Shown here one piece after another: positions 44,081 through 50,630 of a DNA stretch of 50,630 nucleotides (its first letter is position 1; every line of letters starts with the position of its first letter). The notes under the pieces were generated by a model. It was not told the origin of the DNA, made no database searches, and worked only from the letters and a program-made list of their open reading frames with translations. Source of the stretch: a virus (Duplodnaviria; Caudoviricetes); the IMG/VR virus record IMGVR_UViG_3300010048_000017, positions 1-50,630 of that record. The stretch is one strand, 5' to 3'. The translations under genes and the position numbers were made by a program.

Positions 44081-45408
44081 TGCGGTGCCTCACCATCCCC
44101 GCCCGAGATCGCAGCCGGCTGCGGCGGTGGCGCGGGCTGGCCGGGCACCGGCACGAGCGGGAGCGCCGGCGTCGGGAACAACAGCAAGAACTCGTCGAGT
44201 TGCGCGTCGGTGAACGGGGCTTTGCCGAGCACCTCACGCGCCTCGCTCGGCGCGATGATCCGGCCCTCAATCAGCCCGCGCAGATACGACGCGCGCGTTT
44301 CGGGGTCCATCGCGAGCAGGTCGTCAGTGTCCAACTTGACGAACCGGGGCGACTGCGTCGTCTCAGACAGCGCGCCCTCGCGCCTGCGGATCGCCGGCCG
44401 CAGATGCGTGATCAAAAATTGCAGATGGCGTTGCGTGATGTTCGCATACGTGATCTTGGTCCCGCTGTTGACCTCAGCGTCAATCAGGTCACCAGGGCAG
44501 CCCAAGAACCGCGCGACGTCGAGCACGCCCGCCTTTTGCGACTCCAGCCAGTCAGTTGACGCCTGATTCGCCTGGATGAGGTCATACGTCCAGTCGTTGC
44601 CATGAACAAACGGCTCGCCGCTGACGATCGCCGCGCGCCACGCCTCTTTGATTGCCGTCGCCTCAGGCCCGCTGATCTTTTTCGCGCTGTTCTGCAACCG
44701 GGCCCGGGGCACGCCCCCGCCGCCGAACCATCCGACCGCGAACTGCTCGACTGACGACCAGCGGCCCAGCGTCCACGCCGCATACGCGATCGGGCTCAGC
44801 CCCACCGGCAGGCCCGCGATCGTGTACTGCTTTTCGTGCCAGATGTCACGCGGGTCGTAATACTTCCCCTGGATCTGATACGACGTGATGACGTTCAGCC
44901 GGGTGTTGATCGACACGGTCTGCGCGAGTTGCAGGTCGATCTGAGCGGGCAGCCCGTTGCCGTCGCGGGCGCTGATGATGCCGATCGCGTTGCCCAGCCG
45001 GTCTAGGTCAACTTGCGACGAGTACAGCCATTCCATGATCCCGACGCGCTGCCCGTTGAGCAGCCCGCCCGGCGTGGTGAGCACTTGCGGCGTCGGCGCT
45101 TGCACGTTGATCGTCGAGCCGTCAGGCATGTTCACCTTGCGGAACACCGTCAGCGGCAACGTGGACAGCAGGTCAGCGCGCAGCCGCAAGCACGCCCACA
45201 CCGCCGAGTTGCGCAACGCCTGATCGGGCGACACGTACGGCATGCCCGAGCCCGTCATGCCCGAGCGCAGCGGGATCAGGTCTGTCCAGTTGGTGATGCC
45301 GAAGAACTCGCGCAGCTTCGCCATATCGACGCCGGCGCCGTGGTTGAGGATGCTGGCCAGGCCGGTCGAGGCCATCGCCCCGTTGCGACCGCCGCTGAAC
45401 ACGCCCAT
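44077..45408 (-). CDS. Portal protein (HK97 family)
   Basis: SAVWAC, GNA, GLSPI, VARFLGCP, TYAN, EAR motifs; TGATG start. Confidence 0.92.
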   Translation of the reverse strand: MGVFSGGRNGAMASTGLASILNHGAGVDMAKLREFFGITNWTDLIPLRSGMTGSGMPYVSPDQALRNSAVWACLRLRADLLSTLPLTVFRKVNMPDGSTINVQAPTPQVLTTPGGLLNGQRVGIMEWLYSSQVDLDRLGNAIGIISARDGNGLPAQIDLQLAQTVSINTRLNVITSYQIQGKYYDPRDIWHEKQYTIAGLPVGLSPIAYAAWTLGRWSSVEQFAVGWFGGGGVPRARLQNSAKKISGPEATAIKEAWRAAIVSGEPFVHGNDWTYDLIQANQASTDWLESQKAGVLDVARFLGCPGDLIDAEVNSGTKITYANITQRHLQFLITHLRPAIRRREGALSETTQSPRFVKLDTDDLLAMDPETRASYLRGLIEGRIIAPSEAREVLGKAPFTDAQLDEFLLLFPTPALPLVPVPGQPAPPPQPAAISGGDGEAPQ

Positions 45409-45683
45409 CAGGGCATCCTGTGATCGACGATCAGCAGCGCGACGCCCGCGCACAAGCAGAACACCCACCACCCCAGGCCGGGCAGCGCGTAATCGACGAT
45501 GCCGCCGATCGCCGCTGCGACAGCCAGCGCCCCCGCGTACCCCGGCACGCTCGTGCGCCGCAGCCACACCCGCGCGGCGACAGTGACCAGCATCAGCGTC
45601 ACCCGCCGCCGGATTACGCGCAGATTGCGCGCAGGCGTGTCGCGCTCGACGAGCTCAGCCGGCTCGGCGTTGATCGCTGTCAA
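45408..45683 (-). CDS. Small membrane protein upstream of the portal gene
   Basis: GGAGG SD before TTG; hydrophobic segments. Confidence 0.7.
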   Translation of the reverse strand: MTAINAEPAELVERDTPARNLRVIRRRVTLMLVTVAARVWLRRTSVPGYAGALAVAAAIGGIVDYALPGLGWWVFCLCAGVALLIVDHRMP

Positions 45684-45709
45684 AGATCCTCCCGCGTACG
45701 CTCAGGCGC

Positions 45710-45931
45710 ATGGGCCTTGACGCTGTGCTGGTTGGCGGCATCTGGGACGGCAAGACGTTCACGGTGCCCGACCCGCCGCCGATGCACATCGAGGTTGCGC
45801 TGCCGCCGCAGCCGGTCACGCTCGCGTGGCTCGACTGCCCCGACTTTGACGCGCCGCTGCCCGAGATCAGCGTGTCGTACCGCTACGGCGGGATCCGCGA
45901 TGACGGTCTGCGGTGGTACTCGCGCGGCTAG
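45710..45931 (+). CDS. Small hypothetical protein antisense to the late operon
   Basis: Exactly fills the gap after terL; LVGGIWDG motif; TACGCT 7 nt before ATG. Confidence 0.65.
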   Translation: MGLDAVLVGGIWDGKTFTVPDPPPMHIEVALPPQPVTLAWLDCPDFDAPLPEISVSYRYGGIRDDGLRWYSRG

Positions 45932-47583
45932 ACGCGCACGCCGTTGTCGGCAAGGAATTTGAGCCCCGCGTCGTCGATCAGCCCCGCCTCGTACAGGCGT
46001 TTCAGATCGTGCGGCGCGTACACGCCCAGACGGCACAGCCGCAAGATCTCGGGCAAGTCGAAATGCACCGACTCGACGGCGTTGTAATCGTTGCCGCCGT
46101 GCTGCTGCCAGCCCCACCACGCGAGCGTGTACGCCACGAGCGGGCTGATGTCAACAGCGACGTGCTGCCGGTCCCACGCTTGCCCGTCGCCCAGCCGGCG
46201 CACAGCAGCGCCCGCGAGCGCGTTCGCAACCTCCCGGTCGGACGCGTGGCGCAACTGGTCGTCGCGCACCGCGTCGTAAAACGCGCCGAACGCGTGCGCC
46301 ATGTCCGTAGCCGAAGGCTGCTCGACTTTGAGATCAGACGACTCAAACTCGTCGATCAGGCTCCCGGCCGCGGCTCGAGGGTCGATCACCCACACCGTAG
46401 GCCCGTACTGCCGGTCGAGGCGTTTCGCGCGGGCGAGCAGCCAGTTCGTACCGGGGCGGTGGTCAGTGATCTCGACGTACCCGCCGTTAAAGTCGCCGCC
46501 ATCGACGACTGAGCCGCACACAGCGATCGCGCTCGCCCCCCGATCCGGGGTGGTGTCTACGCCGAACACGACGCCAGCCGGGCGGGGCGCGTCAGCCAAG
46601 GTGGTCGCCTCCCACCACGTTTTCGGGATGACAGCCCACCCGTCTTTAAGCGCCGGGTACGTCCCGATGCCGAGGCGCTCGCACCCGAACACCTCGTCAG
46701 ACATGCCCTTGCGCTCACGGTCCACCGATTCAAGCGTCAAACCCGTGCCGTTGCTGTGTATCAGGCCGAGCCCCGGATTGCTCTTGTACAGCGAGTCGAT
46801 CGAGTCACGGTCGTCGTGCTCAGCGCAGTCACGCGGGCAGTATTCGTGGTGCGGGTCGATTGACCACTCAGCGAACCACAGATCCTCGTCGTCGCCCTTG
46901 ATCCCACGGTGGCGGATCAGCGCCAACTGCGTTGACTTGATGCCGAGCCCGGCGCTGGCCGTGTACCACACTTGCGGGCCGGCGTCGGTGGCCATCTGCC
47001 GGGCGCTCAGCGTCGGCAGCGACCCGCCGACGCTGTCAACGTCCAGAATCATCGCCTCGTCGTACACGACGCAGTCGCCGGAAAATCCCCTACCGCTTGA
47101 CCCGCTGCGCGCGATGTAGGAGAGCCGAGCCCCGCCCCGGAACTCAAAACCTTCCTCGCCGTGCGCCTCGTTGACCTTCATCACGCGCCGGTCGAGATCC
47201 GGGTTGCTTTCGATGATGATCCGCATGCGGCGGAACGCTTCACGGGCGGTTTTGAACTGGTGCGCCGTGTGGATGATCAACTGCTCACCGAACAAGCACA
47301 GCCCCGCCAGTTCGCGGGCTTCCAAGATCGCGCCTTTTCCGTTCTGCCGCGGCACAATGAGGCCAATTTCCCAGGTCAGCCACTTGCCGTCCCAGCGTTC
47401 AGCGAGCGCGCCCATCAGCGTCCACCGTTGCCAGTCGTCCAGCGACAGCCCGGCGCGCTCAGCGAAGTCGATCGCCTCTGGCCCAGCAGAGGACGTCGCT
47501 ATAGGCGCTGAGCGCAGCCGGGGGCGCTGGTCACCAACCCTGCTCGGCTCGCCGTTTCCGTCGTTGTGCCGCGACCTCGTCAA
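45928..47583 (-). CDS. terL: Terminase large subunit
   Basis: Walker A PRQNGKG, HTAH, Walker B VVYDEA, SNPGLG, FGVD, DISPLVA; GGAGGTGATC SD before TTG 47583. Confidence 0.93.
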   Translation of the reverse strand: MTRSRHNDGNGEPSRVGDQRPRLRSAPIATSSAGPEAIDFAERAGLSLDDWQRWTLMGALAERWDGKWLTWEIGLIVPRQNGKGAILEARELAGLCLFGEQLIIHTAHQFKTAREAFRRMRIIIESNPDLDRRVMKVNEAHGEEGFEFRGGARLSYIARSGSSGRGFSGDCVVYDEAMILDVDSVGGSLPTLSARQMATDAGPQVWYTASAGLGIKSTQLALIRHRGIKGDDEDLWFAEWSIDPHHEYCPRDCAEHDDRDSIDSLYKSNPGLGLIHSNGTGLTLESVDRERKGMSDEVFGCERLGIGTYPALKDGWAVIPKTWWEATTLADAPRPAGVVFGVDTTPDRGASAIAVCGSVVDGGDFNGGYVEITDHRPGTNWLLARAKRLDRQYGPTVWVIDPRAAAGSLIDEFESSDLKVEQPSATDMAHAFGAFYDAVRDDQLRHASDREVANALAGAAVRRLGDGQAWDRQHVAVDISPLVAYTLAWWGWQQHGGNDYNAVESVHFDLPEILRLCRLGVYAPHDLKRLYEAGLIDDAGLKFLADNGVRV

Positions 47584-47986
47584 AGCCTTGATCACCTCCG
47601 CGCGGGCCCTGCTGCGCCCGGGCCGCGACTGAGATGCCGAGCAGCGCGTCACGCCGCGCGCTGATGCGCACAAGCCGGTCGATCGCTTGGAGCACGACAC
47701 GCGGCGACGGGTTGTTCGCTGTCGCTGCGGTGCGCATCACTGTCTGCGCTGCGCGTTCCATCGACGCGAGCCGTTCAAGTTCTAGCGTCAGCGCGTCGCC
47801 CTCGACGACCCGCTCGCCCGCGTGCGCTTTGAGCGCCCGCGACGCGTCCTGCACTGCTGCTGACGCTGTTTTGAGCGTCGGCTCGGTGTCGCAGATCTGC
47901 TGATACGTCATGCCGGTCGCGCGCATGCTCAGCACCCGCTCACGGCGGGCAGCGACCTCGCGGCGCTGTCGTTCGCTGGCCATCAC
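47531..47986 (-). CDS. terS: Terminase small subunit (HTH)
   Basis: RRERVLSMRATGMTYQQI...RRDALLG; immediately upstream of terL. Confidence 0.72.
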   Translation of the reverse strand: MMASERQRREVAARRERVLSMRATGMTYQQICDTEPTLKTASAAVQDASRALKAHAGERVVEGDALTLELERLASMERAAQTVMRTAATANNPSPRVVLQAIDRLVRISARRDALLGISVAARAQQGPRGGDQGFDEVAAQRRKRRAEQGW

Positions 47987-48705
47987 ACGAGCCTGACACG
48001 CGGCCGGTGCCGTGGAGCGGGCGGCCGGGGTCGAACCTGCCTCTCCCCACCGGAGGTGGAGCGCGTCACCGACGACGCCTCGCCCGCGCGCTCAGGATAC
48101 GGGAGCGCCTTCTTGGCCAGCAGCCGGCGCATCGACTTGTCGAGCGGCATGCCGTACCGGTGCTTACCTGGCAGCACGACCTGAGACGCGCCGGGGTCGA
48201 TGTGCTCACGCAAGTAACTCAATGACTGGCGCGTGTTGCGCCCCGACCCGAACTGCACGCCGCCCATCGACCGGGAGTGACGCAGTTCGCCGTTGACGAC
48301 GAAACACGTTTGCGGCGCGCTCGTGCCCAGATACGTCCAGTTGCCCGCTTGATAGATGCCGCCGTGGTGCCCGTGCGCGGGATCCGCGAACGAGATCACC
48401 AACCGCAGGCCGGGCGCGGAGCGTTTGAGCTCGCTCAGCGCCCGCGACACGATCGCGCTGACCGGGGCCTCGTGCTCGCGCAAAGCGACGCGGGTCAACT
48501 CGCACACATGCGCCGGCCCGAGCCCGTACGCGGTGCCCAGCGACGCGCTCGCCCCACGGGAAAAGATCACGCAGCCTTTGAACTGCTCAGCCTCCCAGAC
48601 GCCGAGCAGCACCCGCCGCGGTGGCGGCATCGACTGCGAGTAATGCCAGTTCAGCACCGCGAACTTGGCCGCATCGTAGGAGCACGACGCCACGAGCAGG
48701 CTCAC
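47983..48705 (-). CDS. Mom-family adenine modification protein
   Basis: WHYS, ELTRVAL, VISFADPAHGHHGGIYQAGNWTYLG, KHRY; GTGA overlap. Confidence 0.85.
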   Translation of the reverse strand: MSLLVASCSYDAAKFAVLNWHYSQSMPPPRRVLLGVWEAEQFKGCVIFSRGASASLGTAYGLGPAHVCELTRVALREHEAPVSAIVSRALSELKRSAPGLRLVISFADPAHGHHGGIYQAGNWTYLGTSAPQTCFVVNGELRHSRSMGGVQFGSGRNTRQSLSYLREHIDPGASQVVLPGKHRYGMPLDKSMRRLLAKKALPYPERAGEASSVTRSTSGGERQVRPRPPAPRHRPRVRLV

Positions 48706-49280
48706 GTCGCAGCTTTCGCGCCGAGGTGCTCGGGGTCGTTCGCGACGTCGTACCCGCACCGCTGGCAGATACGCGGGGCCAACTCGTCGAGCGGCGGGGG
48801 CGCGCCGCCGTCCGGTTGAAAGTCGGGGCGCAACGCGCGCAGATCTTCGGCCTGCCAGCCCGTACCGGCGAAGTCGCTGCCGAACGTGCCCAGCAGCGCC
48901 ACGAGCGCCTCACGCTCATACCCGCCCAGTTCAGCGAGCCTGTTGTCGGCAGCGTTGACGCGCCGCGCCTCATCCCAGTCGTCGAACGCGGTGAACTCGA
49001 CACGGCATGTGCTCGCGCCGGCCCAGCCCGCCGAGTCGGGGCCGTACGTCTCCACCAACTCAGCTGCGGTCAGCCCGCCCAACTCTTGCATCGCCAGCCA
49101 TGTGTGATTGCCCGCGACGATCACCCGCTCATCATCGACCGGCCACACACAGATCGTCCGGTACTGGCCGAAGCGGGCAAGCGACTGCTTGATCTCATCC
49201 AGCGCCCCGCGACGCGGGTTGCCCGGGAACGGCACGAGCGACGTGAACGGCGCGACGTCGTACCCGAGGTGTCTCGACAC
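48702..49280 (-). CDS. ParB/Srx-like N-terminal domain protein
   Basis: LVPFPGNPRRG..SLARFGQ..IVAGNH..ADNRLAELG; C-terminal CQRCG; GGGAG SD. Confidence 0.85.
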   Translation of the reverse strand: MSRHLGYDVAPFTSLVPFPGNPRRGALDEIKQSLARFGQYRTICVWPVDDERVIVAGNHTWLAMQELGGLTAAELVETYGPDSAGWAGASTCRVEFTAFDDWDEARRVNAADNRLAELGGYEREALVALLGTFGSDFAGTGWQAEDLRALRPDFQPDGGAPPPLDELAPRICQRCGYDVANDPEHLGAKAAT

Positions 49281-49310
49281 ACCGTCTCCCGTCAGCGATA
49301 GTGTCAGCGC

Positions 49311-49583
49311 ATGAGCAACGACTTGCCCGAGCACAACTGCGACCCGCACGGCGAGCACTGCGCCGGGCACTGCCCCGGCCGGCCGGGGTGCGAACGCCCC
49401 GCGCATCAGCCACCGCAGCCCAACGGCCTCGATTCGGTGTGGCGCGGCCAGGGCAGGCACCGCCCGTGGGATACAGGCGGGGCGGGACCGCTGCGCACGA
49501 TCCAACGGCTCGCAGTCACCGGCGAAGATGCGCCCGCCCGCGTCATCTTTGACGGCCCGTCAATGGCCGGCCCGTCGCGCTGA
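49311..49583 (+). CDS. Small Cys/His-rich hypothetical protein antisense to the late operon
   Basis: TAGTGT 6 nt before ATG; no SD. Confidence 0.45.
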   Translation: MSNDLPEHNCDPHGEHCAGHCPGRPGCERPAHQPPQPNGLDSVWRGQGRHRPWDTGGAGPLRTIQRLAVTGEDAPARVIFDGPSMAGPSR

Positions 49584-49984
49584 ACGTGACCGGGGCCCGC
49601 TGACTAGGCGAGCCCCGGCAGCAACCGGTCACCCGGCGCTTTTCACGGTTGACCACGACAGACGCAGCCGGGCTGACTAGCACTGGCCTCGCTTGCGCGG
49701 TGCGCCCCCAACGTTACGCTTGTCATCACAGCCCGGCATCATTCAAGGGAAATGCCTACCGGCCCGAGAGGGCCACGGCGGCTCACTTGGCGCTTTGATG
49801 GCCATAACCGGGCTACAGCCGCCGGCCCGTCCAGTGCGCGGGCCGGCGGCGCTAAACTTCGCCGCACAGCCCGGTTGCTTTGTTGCCTCACATAATCCAT
49901 GTCAAGGGACGCGGCCAGCCGGACTGAGCCGCCCGGTTCGTCCTGGGGAACCACAAAACGCGCGCCGGGCGGCGCCGTGTCACG

Positions 49985-50055
49985 TCGCGGAGAGAAAAAT
50001 GCGCCCTGACCGCGGCCTCAGCGTGGCGTCAGGAAAAAAACGCCGCCCCGTGGTC
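49985..50055. other. Candidate cos / packaging region
   Basis: Non-coding DNA between the HNH gene and the terminase operon, with A/T tracts (minus strand GGGG..TTTTTTT..CATTTTTCTCTCC); inferred from the HNH-cos-terS layout. Confidence 0.3.
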
Positions 50056-50227
50056 GGGGTGGTCGAGCAGATCCCTACGCTCGAGCCGCGCCGTGGTGCC
50101 GTGGAACTGCCCACCGGGAGGGGAGTGCCTTGACCGGGAGGGGAGTCTCACCATTGGCCCCCGGTTTTTTTGTGGGTAGTTCCTTTCCCTGAAGGAACTG
50201 CCCCCCGGTGTGGATCGAGTGCCCGGT

Positions 50228-50575
50228 TCACCATGTGCGGCGCCGGGGTGGCGGGGTGCCCCGGCGTTGCGTAGTGCGCTGCTGTTGCGGTGGTCGCCGT
50301 GCGCGCAGCGCATTGCCCAGTCGGGCTCCCGCCCTGCGGTTGCACGTGGCGTGTGACAGTCGCTTGATCGGGGTGATGCCACGGGGCAGGGCGATCGCCC
50401 GTGGCGGGTAGTCATCCAGATCTAGACGCTGTCGTCTGAACATGGGCCGGTGACAATACGGGCAGCGGTCGATGCCGTCTTGCAGCACGAGCAGCGCGGC
50501 GGCTCTCGCTTGCTGATGGGACCACCCGAGCCCAGCGGTTGTGGTGCGACCGGGGGGGTATGGGCGGCGTCTCAC
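50228..50575 (-). CDS. HNH endonuclease-like protein (packaging-associated type)
   Basis: GLGWSHQ, CPYC, LDLDD, RLSHATCNRRAG. Confidence 0.75.
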   Translation of the reverse strand: MRRRPYPPGRTTTAGLGWSHQQARAAALLVLQDGIDRCPYCHRPMFRRQRLDLDDYPPRAIALPRGITPIKRLSHATCNRRAGARLGNALRARRPPQQQRTTQRRGTPPPRRRTW

Positions 50576-50630
50576 GAGCCTGCGACAAGGTGCAAGAACT
50601 GTGCTGCTGTTGGTGCTTGGGACTGGTCAG

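Larger units (their letters stand above)
1..50630. mobile_element. Tailed dsDNA phage (siphovirus-like), probable actinobacterial host; large fragment or near-complete genome
   Basis: Terminase-portal-protease-HK97 capsid-tail-tape measure-lysis order on the minus strand; RecE/RecT, RuvC and MTases on the left; extended Shine-Dalgarno GGTGATC at many starts; no host housekeeping genes seen. Confidence 0.96.

Noticed and set aside
91-47600. Recurrent GGTGATC(C) before start codons as a novel motif
   Set aside because: It is the complement of the 16S rRNA 3' end, so it is an extended Shine-Dalgarno sequence.
49756-49790. 16S rRNA fragment (resembles CCGGCCTGAGAGGG)
   Set aside because: The similarity is short and does not extend; it is better explained as a GNRA hairpin.
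1-50630. Complete circular genome or integrated prophage
   Set aside because: No terminal repeat, the ORFs at the two ends do not join, and no integrase, att site or host flank was recognised; completeness and lifestyle remain undetermined.

Overview
The window is most or all of a high-GC (roughly 70% by eye) tailed dsDNA phage of siphovirus type, very probably infecting an actinobacterium. From 1 to about 22 kb are early, recombination and DNA-modification genes: YqaJ/RecE-type exonuclease, RecT, wHTH replication-initiator-like protein, YkgJ-type Cys protein, RuvC-like resolvase, C5 cytosine MTase, Dam-like MTase, Mom-like protein, XRE regulator, DUF932 and many small ORFs behind repeated SigA-type promoter cassettes. 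From about 22.5 to 50.6 kb is one minus-strand late operon: HNH, ParB-like, Mom, terminase, portal, HK97 protease and capsid, accessory head genes, tail tube, frameshifting tail chaperone, tape measure with SLT domain, minor tails, DUF1906 endolysin and holin. I recognised no integrase, polymerase, reverse transcriptase or CRISPR array. The most unusual signals are non-coding or dual-coding. (1) A 114-nt tRNA-shaped RNA (11068-11181) has no anticodon loop, and its two long arms end in exactly complementary 6-nt loops. (2) A three-copy intergenic RNA element begins at the upstream stop codon and has covarying long stems plus a mutually exclusive hairpin. (3) The C5 MTase carries a nested +1-frame 404-aa ORF with eight LPTP repeats. 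(4) Three tandem identical-loop hairpins lie in the capsid leader. All protein calls come from motif recognition by eye, not database searches.
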